From positions 16,891,651-16,955,650 of the forward strand of contig OZ316891.1 in NCBI GenBank assembly GCA_973895155.1: a stretch of DNA of 64,000 nt. Reading direction: 5' to 3'. Source of the DNA: Marsupella aquatica (taxonomy: Eukaryota > Plantae > Marchantiophyta). Made by a program: the position numbers and the translations under genes. Of this stretch, positions 20,354 through 32,200 are shown one piece after another (positions within the stretch are counted from its first letter, which is position 1; each line of letters opens with the position of its first letter). Under the pieces are notes generated by a model, which saw only the letters and a list, made by a program, of their open reading frames with translations, was not told where the DNA came from and did no database searches.

Positions 20354-22201
20354 CTAATACCTGGCACGCTTGCCAGAGCCGCCCGAATGGGAACGGCCAT
20401 CCCGCTGCCTTCGAAGCCTGTCATTGTCCGCCTTGAGGAGCTGGACCTGGTCCAGCAGAGATTCGTTCTCTTGCCTCGCCGCGTCCGTCTCCTCTGCTGC
20501 CTCCTGACATGCCTCCTTCAGCTGCTGGGCGTCGCTCGTCAGTTTACTCGCCAGCTGGTCCTGCTTCTCGGCCTCGGTTTGGAGCCGCGCCATCTCGGCC
20601 TGCAGCGTGGCTATCTTCGTCGCGTCCCGCTGGGCTCGCTCCTCGGCTTTCTCCAGGTCTTTCTGCCAGGTGACAGCTTGTTTCTTCAAACTATCAATCT
20701 GGTTCCGGAGTCGTGTAATCTCGGCCTCGTTCCCAGCTTTGGCCTATTCGGCTAGGGCGGTAAGAGCGTACGCCTTTGCTAACAACTCATCGGCGGCTGC
20801 AACCTTGGGTCGTAGTTGCAGAAGCTCAGCCTCTTGAGCCGCCACTTCGTTCTTTAGGTACACGGACTCCACCCGGTACCGCTCTATCCTCTGAAGGGCC
20901 TCCGACTGGGCCCGACCTGCCTTTACGGCGGCAACCAACTCCTGATTGAAGAAACAGGCTACCTTCCAGGCCATGAACTCCCCGGTATCCCGGGCAATTT
21001 GATGAGAGAAATCTCCCAGAAGCCCGTTCAGAAATGTACCCTGTACGAAGAGTTCCGGGTGGTCCAAGTTGTGCCTGTCCGGATTTGGGCACGGGCAGAC
21101 ATCAACACGCGCAGGGGCCGGGGCAGTGACGTCCAGCCCTGGGGACATAACGTTGGAAGGGGCTGGAGTGTCCTCCTGCAGCGATGTCCGGTTCTCCGGA
21201 ATTGCCACCGGCGGGTCCTTGGGAGACCCGGGTTCGGGTAAGACCTCTGCCGTACCAACTTCTGTACTTAGCCCGGCTAGTTGGGTCGCATCAACGGTTG
21301 CGACGACCGACCCCTCCGGCGCCTCCTCGGTTACGATTACAGCTATTTGTGGAGGTGGGGTGGGTGAAGCTGGCGTGCCCACTGGACTTCGGGCCTCGGG
21401 TTGGGGCCGTCTCTCCAATGCCGGAAAAACCCACCTAGCTGGGACCAGCTTTGTAACGTTGATGCGGGGAAGGGTTCGTCGATCAAACCGGGCGTACCAC
21501 TCAAGAATGATTTCGATATGGCTAGCGAAATACGCCTTCCCGCCAATGTACAGCATCTTCCTTCGCCGCTCCATCTCTTCATGGAATTTCTTAGCGAAGT
21601 ACGACGCCCATTTCCTAGGTCGATAGTTCTCGACCTGGATAACCTGGGCGGCGAAGATCTCCCCCCGGGGTTCCATCATGTGGAGAGCGTACCTCTGGAA
21701 CTCCAGCCGCTCAGCTATCTCGGGCATGAGGCAGGTCCTCATCACGAACCCGTTGTCTACTGATCCCTCTGAGGGAAAACTTGAAGATTGGTACTTGGCC
21801 CCCTTGCCCCCGGGAGCCCGTGATTCGACTCGATGGTCACCTTTGGGTAACCCGAAGATCATCTTGAGCCGTTCTTCTGTGAGGGACATATTCCTTCCCC
21901 GCAGCCGAGTCTGTTGACGTACGTCGTCATAATTCTTGACGAATTCTGTCATGTCCTCCCCGTAGTACCTGCAAGTGTTTCAGGGGAGAGAGGCGAGGTG
22001 CTCAAATCCCTGAGTCTTCAGGTACACCGCATGCTTGGGATGGAGGATGTTGCTGTGAACGTTTTCCCCCATGCGATGCATCGTCACCTTGGCTACGGCT
22101 ACCGTGGCCAACGGTAACCCGGATGCAGTGGCGGATTCCTTCCTCTTCTTTCCCCGTGACTGACTCGGGGAAGGTGATACTTCCCCATCCTCCCGATCGG
22201 G
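20354..22201 (-). pseudogene. C-terminal part of the family D LTR-encoded ORF
   Basis: ORFs 21980-22240 (below 22202), 20744-21952 and 20354-20689 share one frame, separated by single stops. Aligns with the family A LTR protein (EF...LT...IFGLP.G...NGF...C...PR.EI..AQV) and ends in a coiled coil. Confidence 0.8.
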
Positions 22202-23317
22202 CCTGGTGTCACTTGCCTCTCCAACGGTTAATACGTGCAAACCGCACTTTTCTTCGCTTAAACCGTTGGTATCGTATTACGGGGTCGTGGAGGGACGCTA
22301 TTTGGATTCTTTTCACACCAGGATGAGTATTTTGGTTTCCGCTCCCGGAAATGTAGGTTTTGATCAAGTCTACCGACTACCCTCACCCCACAGCTTTTGA
22401 TCAAGTCCTGCCGACTACCCCACTACACCTTCACTCGGAGTCACCCAAAGAGTGCTGTCACCACCCCTACTCACAAGGCCGACTCAAACCAAGCAAGTTT
22501 CTTCAAATCATAGAACGGGAGAACACAATTCGGAAAGCGAAAAAGGGAGAAGGAACACACAACAAAAGCCCATCAAGTCAAATGTACAGATCCATATCTC
22601 TTGGGAAAAACGATACACATTGCATGAGTAACCCGGCCTCCTGCCGTCTACTCAACTCCTGCCTCTCCGGACAATGAGTATGGCTCCCCCTCACTACTCT
22701 GAACACGCTTTCAAACTCCTCAGGCTCCACTCTATCCCTCCTTGCTAACTTCACACTGAGTCCCCCTAACTACTTCGGGGCTATCCCCCTAAATACTGAA
22801 AAATCACACCAAAGCACCCCTCACAGGGTCACAACGGTGGCGGCTACCCTAGCGGCGCCGCTAAAACCTTGCACTAAGAGAAATCCTTAAACTGAAGAGG
22901 AGCATGCGGCACACACATGCTGCTAAAACCCTAAACCCAAAACAAGGGGGCCGACGGTGCCTTCGACGGCGCCCCAACAGTACACGTGAACCCTGAAAGT
23001 GAGAGGCACCCCAAAATGGCCGAAACTAGGTGCCCTTCCAAGTGCACACCTGAGCTCACCCCTGGATAGCTCTTCTTTTCCTGCTTCCGAATCACTAAGT
23101 CGCTCCCTCAACGGACTTCAGACGCCTGAGTTATGGCCATTTCCGTACCGCAAAAACATAAGTTCTCCAGGCCATAACTTGCTCATCCTGGCTCCGTTTG
23201 AGGAGCGCCGCCTCTTGTTGGAATCAGCTCCGCGAGCTCATCCCAACAAGCCCATGAGTGACCCCCCACTAAAATGTTGGAAATCTGGAGGCCGTACACC
23301 CACGTCCGTACGCCTAT

Positions 23318-25174
23318 CTAATCCTCCTCTTCTTCTTCGCTCTCGGTGCCCGGACTTGTGCCCCGTGAGTGGTCCTCCTCCTCATCACTCACGGGAGTGA
23401 GTGCCACCGTACTTTTCTTCTTCTTCGACGGAGTACTCTTAGTGCTGCTGCTCCCGCGCTTCCTCAAAGCAGCCAAGGCCTGCCACGCCTTGATGTACCC
23501 CTCACCAATTGTGTCCTTCCAGAGGGTAGCCTCTTCTCCGGACCGCAACTCCAACGGTAGAACTTGCCCCGTGGCCATGGGAGTCCCGGGGGTGACAGAC
23601 CTGGGTGGCATCCCCGTACTGACCTGAGCCTCCCGTAACGATTTCCGTACCTCCCGGAGCTTCTTCTCCAAGCTCTTACTCTTCTCCTGACTCTTCTTGG
23701 CTCCATCCAACAAGGGTCCATACTTCCCACTAACCTCCTTCACCACCATCTCGATAGCTTGGGAGATCACATCCGGGGAAAGTGTGGAGCCAGGTGTGCC
23801 GGGACTCTTCCGTTTCCCTAGACTCAGGGCCTCACTTCTCTTCGCTCGTGTCTCAAAGGCTGCCACCTGACTCCGTAGTGCTCCCACCTGGTTCCTCCAC
23901 TCCATCACTTCTCCAGAATTTTGCTTCTCTTTGGCCAATGCTTGCCTCAACGCTCCTACTTCTTCTGCTTCCTTGGCCTTGGTGGACAAAGCTCCCTTCA
24001 AGTTGGTGATCTCTACGTGAGCTGCATTGATGTGCCTGACCTTCTCATGAATGGTCTGCTCCTTGGTCTTGATCACCTCCTTCAGTGACAGGATGCTCTG
24101 CTCTAACGTCTCTACTTTGACTGTGGCGTGCTTGAGAGACTCCCTCAATGCGTGGACTAGCTTGAGTCCCTCGTGGACTCCCTCTCTGAAATCCCGTAGC
24201 TCTGCCAAGTAAACATCCGGAATGTTGTATTCCAGAGGCTGTTTCGGATCTCCCACGAGTGATTCAAGCCACTCCAATGTGCAATCATCCTCCTGGTTCT
24301 CTTCTTCTCTATTATCCTCCCCACCAGCAGACAATGATTCCTCCGTGAGCTTCCCTAAAACGGTAGTGGCAATACTCCGGATCTCCGTGGTGAGAGATGA
24401 TCCCGTGTCTTCATGCCCCGGAGAACCAATCAACCCTTCTGCCCTGGCCAATACAAATGACCCCATCAAATGTACAGCCCCACCTGGTTTCACACTCCCG
24501 GGCTCAGCGGCCAATAGCTTCTTCAATCCGTAGCACCACCATCCGTACACATGGGCTGGGTAGTTCTTGATGTCCATAGCTACCACGAAATGCTCCTCAT
24601 TCAGCACTCCGGATTGCACGTTGCCAAGAACCCGTTGATGCACCTTGGCCAGGAAGCCCTTATACTCAACATCCTTGACAGCAGAAAGAGGGATGGCGGT
24701 GGTGGAGGTAGGATTGGTCACCCAAGTGGCCACCATTTTCAACGTGAGTTCTCCCCTGATATTCCGAGGTGTGAATGAGAATTTCTGATTCTCAAGAAAC
24801 AATAGCTTAGCCAACTCCACATGGGGCACTACACGTTTGAGACATTCAAAGTAGATTCCCTCCGTTCGGAACTCCATCCCGGCCTCAATGTCCCAGCTCT
24901 TCCCTGAAGGGATGGTAATCTCCACCTTCATGAATTCTGTAAGCCCGGTGGCTTGGAAAATGTTCCGACAATCCTCCATCACCTTGGTGGAGGTCTTGGG
25001 ATAAATTCGACGAAAAATCTTCCTACCCACCGGTGAGGAACCCGCTGCCAATCCCGTGCTCATCATAACTTCTCTCTCTTCCCTTTCCCGTGTAATCCGA
25101 GTCTCCACGTAGTCACGGTAAGCAGCCTTGTATCTCCGAATGCGTGACGCACTAAACTCTGGTTGATCTAGCAT
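23318..25174 (-). CDS. LTR-encoded 618-aa protein of family B (coiled coil, basic and acidic tail)
   Basis: ORF wholly inside the LTR in sense orientation. Intact in three LTR copies and interrupted by an insertion in the fourth. Confidence 0.85.
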   Translation of the reverse strand: MLDQPEFSASRIRRYKAAYRDYVETRITREREEREVMMSTGLAAGSSPVGRKIFRRIYPKTSTKVMEDCRNIFQATGLTEFMKVEITIPSGKSWDIEAGMEFRTEGIYFECLKRVVPHVELAKLLFLENQKFSFTPRNIRGELTLKMVATWVTNPTSTTAIPLSAVKDVEYKGFLAKVHQRVLGNVQSGVLNEEHFVVAMDIKNYPAHVYGWWCYGLKKLLAAEPGSVKPGGAVHLMGSFVLARAEGLIGSPGHEDTGSSLTTEIRSIATTVLGKLTEESLSAGGEDNREEENQEDDCTLEWLESLVGDPKQPLEYNIPDVYLAELRDFREGVHEGLKLVHALRESLKHATVKVETLEQSILSLKEVIKTKEQTIHEKVRHINAAHVEITNLKGALSTKAKEAEEVGALRQALAKEKQNSGEVMEWRNQVGALRSQVAAFETRAKRSEALSLGKRKSPGTPGSTLSPDVISQAIEMVVKEVSGKYGPLLDGAKKSQEKSKSLEKKLREVRKSLREAQVSTGMPPRSVTPGTPMATGQVLPLELRSGEEATLWKDTIGEGYIKAWQALAALRKRGSSSTKSTPSKKKKSTVALTPVSDEEEDHSRGTSPGTESEEEEED

Positions 25175-25605
25175 CCATGCATCCCGAAATCAATTTCTCA
25201 ATCACCAATCCCGTCACCCGTGGCAATGTCAATTCCCTGGCCCGAAACAGCCCCCGTAGCCCGATCACTTAAATTCTCTCAATTTCCCGTCACCACTCCG
25301 TGCGGCCGCCACTAATGCCTGGAAGAATGACGCCAGCAAGCCCCACTAATCCACCATGAAAGAGAGAGCTTCAAAAATAATTAGAATCTGGAGAGAGCTT
25401 CCGGCAAGAGAGAGAAGAACCCCGTTTTTGCTTTCGGCAATGAGAGGGTCGTGCAAAAGGAAGAGGGAAAGAAAAAGGAAGGAAAAAAAAATAGAACCGA
25501 AAAAACTCCTGGCGCCTTCGCCATGCGCCCCGGCCCATTTCTCGGGCCTTACCCTTGCGTCCTCCTGCGCGCGGCCCTATGCAGGGCGCGCGGCCATTCC
25601 TCCCG

Positions 25606-25922
25606 GCTCGCGGGAGGCCCTTCAACTCCCCCCCGCTCGCGTGATCCTCCCAGCTCGCGGGAGGCCCTTTAACTCCCCCCCGCTCGCGTGATCCTCCCAG
25701 CTCGCGGGAGGCCCTTTAACTCCCCCCCGCTCGCGTGATCCTCCCAGCTCGCGGGAGGCCCTTTAACTCCCCCCCCCCCGCTCGCTTGCGCTCCTTCAGC
25801 TCGCGGAGCCTCATTAATTGCCCGGGCACGCAGCCCTATGGGCTCGCGAGGCAGCCCCTTCAGCTCGCGGAGCCCCATTAATCGCCCGGGCACGCAGCCC
25901 TATGGGCTCGCGAGGCAGCCCC
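25606..25922. repeat. GC-rich tandem repeats in the B LTR (47-bp unit x about 3.7, then 64-bp unit x2)
   Basis: GCTCGCGGGAGGCCCTTTAACTCCCCCCCGCTCGCGTGATCCTCCCA starts at 25606, 25653, 25700 and 25747. CCTTCAGCTCGCGGAGCC... starts at 25793 and 25857. Confidence 0.9.
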
Positions 25923-26249
25923 TCTTTCTCTCGGACGGCCACTAATGGGACTCGCCCTCCTGAGGAGGGATTTATTTAAAAAAAAACCCCCCCCTCTCCT
26001 GACTTTGCAATGGGGGTCTCAACAATAGCTCTTGAAGCAAAACGGTAAGTCCTATGGGGCTGGTCCTGGCTAGTTTCAAGGTCCCAAAATATTTGCCCAC
26101 TTAGGTCGCCGCAAATCTTAGAACTATTATGAGAGAAAGAATATAAAGTCACCTGGGGCATCATCAACCTATAATGACGGAATTAACTAAAAATTAAAAA
26201 ATGGCTTATTTACATTGACTATTAACAAGGTATCGGCCTTTGCAACCAG

Positions 26250-29200
26250 TTATGTGTGACTTCCCGTGACGGGGTACCCGTCACATAGCTCCTCTCTTAA
26301 TTGCGAAGCGCCCCCGCGAGCACCATACTCTTCCTCCGTGTAGTACTTCTTTAGGCGCTCTTGATTGATCCGTGTGTTGAGTAGTTGCCCCTCCAATGTC
26401 TTGAGTTGAACCGAGCCGTTGGAGTAGACGGCATCCACTACGTAGGGTCCCATCCACCGTGTATGCAACTTCCCGGGGAAATGCATGAAGCGGCTATCGT
26501 AGAGGAGCACCAAATCTCCCTCCTCAATGGACACACGACGGAGACGGGAATCGTAATGTGACTTGCGTTTGCCTTGCTCCTGCTCCGTATGTGTCAAAGC
26601 CTCTTCTCGTGTCTCCGTGAGTTGCTCCAACTGTTGGATCCGTGAAGCGACACTTTCTTCTGCCCCTTCCCTTTCCCGTGTTAGGATTCGAATGGTTGGA
26701 ACCTCAAATTCCACCGGCACAAGAGAGTGTTGTCCAAACACAAGGAAATAGGGGCTGTGGCCCGTGGTAGTCTTGTGAGCCAGGTTGTAAGCGTAAGTGG
26801 CAGCCAACAACTTCAAATCCCAATCGGTCTTGTGAGCGGATACCGTTTTGTTGAGGATCTTGCCCATGATCCCGTTGGCTCTCTCAGTGAGCCCGTTGGC
26901 TCGAGGGTGGTACGGAGTGGTCTTCCTATGTGAGATCAAGTAGTTCTCCGTCAAACGTTCAATCGTATGATTGAGGAAGTGAGTACCCCTGTCACTTACC
27001 AACTCCAATGGTGGACCAAATCGTGTAAAAATCTGCTCATACAAAAAACGTGCCGTGGTGTTGGCATCATCCTTGGCAGTAGCTCGGGCCTCCACCCACT
27101 TGGTGGCATAGTCCGTTGCAAGAATGATGTAGCGCTTCCTCCCTCTTCGTGTGATGGGAGTGAAAGGGCCAATGAAGTCCACCCCCCACTTCTCAAAGGG
27201 TGCAAGAGGAAGTATGGGCACCAATGGGTGTCGTGAGGAGGGCCCTGGTTTGCCTTGACGCTGGCACGGATCACATCGCTGGATGTACCGGTGTACATCC
27301 CGAAAGAGAGTTGGCCACCAATATCCAGCATCTAGTATTTTCCTTGCGGTGGTCTCCCGTGCAAAGTGGCCACCAGCTTCCTCCTCATGTAATGCTGCCA
27401 TGACTGTACGTATCTCCGCTTCCTCCAAACAACGACGAAGTCGGCCATCCATGCCGTACTTGTGAAGTACTCCCTTCACAAGCAAGTAGGGACCTGTCTT
27501 ACGCAAAAACACTGCTGCTCTCTCCGGGCCCAAACGTGAGGGAACTCTAGCCGTGCGGAGAAATTCCAAAATTTCTCCATACCAAGTAGTGGCCTCTGTA
27601 TTCATGCTGAACACTTCCTCATCCGGGAACCGATCATCAATCTCCTGGGAGTCAGATGCTCCCTCAATACGGGAGAAGAAGTCTGCATTGCTATGACTCT
27701 TCCCCGATCTTACTCTCACCTCATAGTTGAACTCTTGTAGCAACAAAACCCAACGTGCAATTCTCCCGGACAGATCTGGCTTGTTGACCATGTATTTCAA
27801 GCTGTTGTGATCCGTGTGGAACACAACCTTGTACCCCAACAAATAATGACGATACTTCTTACAAGCGTAGATGATACCAAGTGCCTCCCTATCGGTGGGT
27901 GAGTAGTTTTTCTCTGCCGGGGCCAACTGCCTACTGGCAAAGTAGATGGGATGGTCTCTTCCATCATCATCTAACTGACTCAAAACGGCACCGATGCAAA
28001 ATCCTGATACGTCTACGTAAACATGGAATTCCTTATTCCAATTGGGCGTAATGAGCACGGGGGCCTCTAGCAATCGTTTCTTCAATTCATCAAAAGCAGC
28101 CTGACGGGAAGGAGTAGGTTCAAACTCACTTCCTTTTTTCAACATGGAAGTGAGTGGCATGGCTACCTTGGCAAAGTCTTTGATGAAGCGTCGGTAGTAG
28201 CCAACACACCCCAAGAACCCTCTCACTTCCTTCACATTCTTGGGAAATGAGACTGCTACCCACACGGCGACCTTCTCACGATCAACTTCAATCCCTCGTG
28301 CAGACACTTTGTGGCCCAATAGGATTCCCTCCTCAATTCCAAAGAAACATTTCTCCGGATGCAGCTTCAGGCAAGTCTCCCGGCACCGCTGAAAAGTCAA
28401 CCGTAAGTGTTCCGGATGCTTGACTCGTTTGCCGTAGACAGCAAAGTCATCAATAAAGATCTCCAAGAACCTGCGTAAAAAGTCATGAAATATATTCATC
28501 ATGAGCCGTTGGAACATGCCAGGGGCATTGCACAACCCAAAAGGCATTCTCCGGAATGCAAAAATCCCCCACTCTGTTGTGAAAGCCGTCTTGAGTTGGT
28601 CCTCCTCCCGTATCCAGATTTGGTTGTACCCAGAGTAGCCATCCAAGAAGCTGTATATCTCCCAACCTGCTACCATGTCCAACACGATATCCGTGAACGG
28701 TAGCGGGTAGTGATCCTTCTTGGTCGCATCATTCAACTTTCGAAAATCTTGGCACACCCGTATTTTCACCTTCCCGTCTGGCCCCTTTTTCTTGGGCACG
28801 ATTACGATGGGTGACACCCACTCACTATGCATGACCGGATAAATGAATCCTGCATCCAACAAACGGTCAATCTCCTCCTTCACCATGAGTGAGTATTTGG
28901 GGTTGAGGCGGTATTGGCGTTGCCTCACAGGTCGTGCTCCTGACATCAGGTCAATGCTGTGCTCACCAAACTCAGGTGGCACTCCTTTCAAATCTTGGTG
29001 GCTCCACGCAAATACGTCTTGGTACTCTTTCAACAATTCCTGAATCGTGCGTTGCTCCGTAGCATCCAACTTACTACCAATGTTGAGTGTCTTGCCCTCA
29101 CCCACTTCCACCTTTGTGTACTGCTCCGGCCTGATCACGTCCAACTTGTTGCGTGTCTCCTCATCAAAGGTTTCTTCCAACCGTGCGAGCCTCATCCCTC

Positions 29201-32200
29201 CATACACCGGTGCATCACTCTCCTCCTGGTCTGGTCGGGATGGAGGTGGATCCTTTGTCACATGGGCCATTATTTCTTCAACGTCAGATTCTTTGTAATG
29301 TGACAATAGCTCCTCTCTAAAGTCATCATCCAGGATGTCATTCAAAAACTGCTCTCTTTGCTCATCATCAAACATGATCGTGTGGGCTTGCATTTCCACC
29401 TCCTCGGGGTGATCCTCTGCCTCCCTATCATGAATCTCTAGAGGTTCAGCCTCCACAATTTTGCTTCGCTCGTCTTCCATCTCTTCTAGAACAGCGTGCA
29501 CTTGGCTAACTGATTCCTCTACTGCATGCTCTTGAGTAGCAACTCCGGGGCCAAAAACATCTTCCTCCGTGAGGTGAGAAATCAGTTTCACCATGTATAC
29601 TTCATCCTCGTCTTCATCTGAGGTGACCTCTGAATCATATTCCTCCTCCATAGTCGTAGTCTCCCCGTGAGGTGACTCCGCTGACCATGGAATAGTGATA
29701 GTGGGGATACCAAACCGAAACTGCCGTTTGCCCCAATCACTTGTGACCTTGGCCACATACAACCATGGCCTGCCAATTAAAATGGGAAAACCGTACGGCC
29801 GAACGGGTCGCATCACCAAATAGTTGAGGGGGAAAGATTTTCCCCCAATCATTGTTGGAATCTTGGTGAGACACCCCAACGGCACCACCCGTGCACCATC
29901 AGCCAACCTCATGGCACGTGCCGGTGGTTCTAACTCTGTATACCCCAACCGGTTTGCCGTCTCCTCAGTCATGATGTTGACTCCCGAGCCCCCGTCCACC
30001 GGTACAAACCGTATTGCACATCCATTGATGTCCACCGTGAGTTCTGGGGCACCCAAATCCTCCGTGACCCAGTTGACTTGTATGGGGTCAGCCCCAACTT
30101 TGGGTAACCTTCTTCTACGTCTCCTCCTCATGAGAATCTCCTTGACTTGGCGACGGTATAGGGAGCTATCCCGTAATAGTTGACCAATTGTGGCACTGAC
30201 TGGGCAATCCAGAATGTCTTGAGCAATGTTGTACGCGGTTGCAGGAGGTATGGGTGGGATGACCTCTTCTCCCGGTTTCCAACGAACAACCCTCTCCTCC
30301 GCTTTCTTTCTGGCCTTTGCCTCCTCCATGTCTTTGTCAATGGCCGCTTGCATGGCTTGTGCTTCTAGCTCCTCCAACTGCTTACGTACCTCTTCTCCCA
30401 CCTTCGGATAGAACAACTTGGGGTTGTCCCGATCAAAGTCACTATCCTCCATGGGTGGCACCTCCGGTTCGTGTGAGGTACCCGATGTGGAAGCTTGATG
30501 CACCTCCTTGTACTTCTGCTTGAGCTCGGACTTGCCCTTCTTTTTGCCGGATCGAGTGGAGACTCGGTAACAAGAGTAATGCCTTCTCTCCTCGTCGCTG
30601 TCTTCCTCCGGTAGATTCTCAGCATGAGTCCACTCATGACTTGGGGGTGAGGGGTTAGCAACTTCAACTTCCGTAGATGTTGCAACAACAACCACCGGTA
30701 TCTCAACAACTGGAGATACTACAACGACTAGCGGTACCACCTCCTCCGTTATGGTGGTCATCCTTTGCTTGGGAATGTTCACTACGGTTTCTTCTCTTCT
30801 AGTGATTAGAGGGGTGTCGACTGCTTCCGTGGTGAGAAAGTTGACGCTAGCTTCTTTCAGAGGAGGTGGCGGCCCCTTCTTCTCTTGTGCCCCAATCGGT
30901 TGAGCCTTGAACGCCTCCAAGGTTGGGCAGTGTGGTGCAAGATGACCCTCCCCCTTGCATAGTTGACACAGCCGGGCAAAATCTCCATTGCCTTGACGGG
31001 TGGGCTCTGGGCACACATTAGCGTAGTGGCCCGCCACTCTACAATTGTAACAAATAGGGATCTTCCTCACTCCAGGGTACGGTGGTCGATTCCCTGGGTT
31101 AGCGTTGGGATAGTTGGAGTATGCGGGTGCTCCGGCGTTTGTTGAAACTCCATGAATGCTCCGTGGTCCCGGGTTGAGAGGTTGTACACTATACACGTTG
31201 GCCTCTGGTGGCTCCTCCATGAAGTACTCTATTGGCCCTTCCGCTGCATATGAAGGATTTGAGTAGCTTGCCCCCTCAACATCCTCCTCCCGTACTTGGA
31301 AAACCTTGGCTGGTTCTCCCGCTGGGCACTCCTTCGGGGCATGACCAAACTTCATGCACTTGGTGCACCACACATTGGCTCTCTCCACCGGAACTTTTCT
31401 CCACTCAGGTTTGAGTCCGGCAAAATGTACTTTCAACGCTTTCATTTGCTCCGTCAGCTCATCATATCTGGCCTCTTGCTCCTTCAGGCGTCTTGCCGTA
31501 GACAATGGTGTAACGGCCACCGTGGGTAGTATCACTTCACGGTGAGAGGACTTCTTGACTTTCTTTGACAACTTCTTCTTCTTCCTCCTTCGTCTTTCAG
31601 CTTCTGACTCCGTAGTGTCTGACTCTGTAGTACTCTCAGAATCCTCAGATTCATCACTACTATCTGAATCAGATCCACTCGACTCCTCACTGGAGGAACT
31701 GTCAACCGGCTTCAGCTTCTTTCTTCGGCAACGCTTGCTTGTGGCATCAGCTGCGGTGTATGACTCCGCTGCTGCAATAGCTTCAGCCAATGTGGTTGGC
31801 TTGGCTTGACGTACAAAGAACCCCATCTTGCTTGGTAGGGCAGCCACAAACCAGGCTTGACGCATAGCATCATCGGTACGGGCTTGGATCCGACGTACCA
31901 GCTTTTGGAACCTTTGCAAAAACCTCCGTAATGACTCCTTCTTCTTCATCCTGAGTTGGCCCACCTTTAATAGTGAGGTGGCCTCCACTCCTATGGATCT
32001 GAACTCCTTCAAGAAGGCTTGCTTGAACAGAGCCCAATCAGCTTTCACGTTGGCCAACAACGAAATGAACCATGGACCTGCCTCCCCTCTCATCATTCCA
32101 GGAATGATAGTGAGCTTATGTGCAGACTCCCCATTAGCTTCGGCAATCCCTTCAAACTCCTCAATCCATTCGTCTGGATCATCCTTTGGTCTCCCCTTGA

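Larger units (their letters stand above)
22207..26285 (-). repeat. B1 3' LTR (4079 bp)
   Basis: TGTGAC...GTGACA on the minus strand. Repeated at 32904-36981. Confidence 0.96.
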
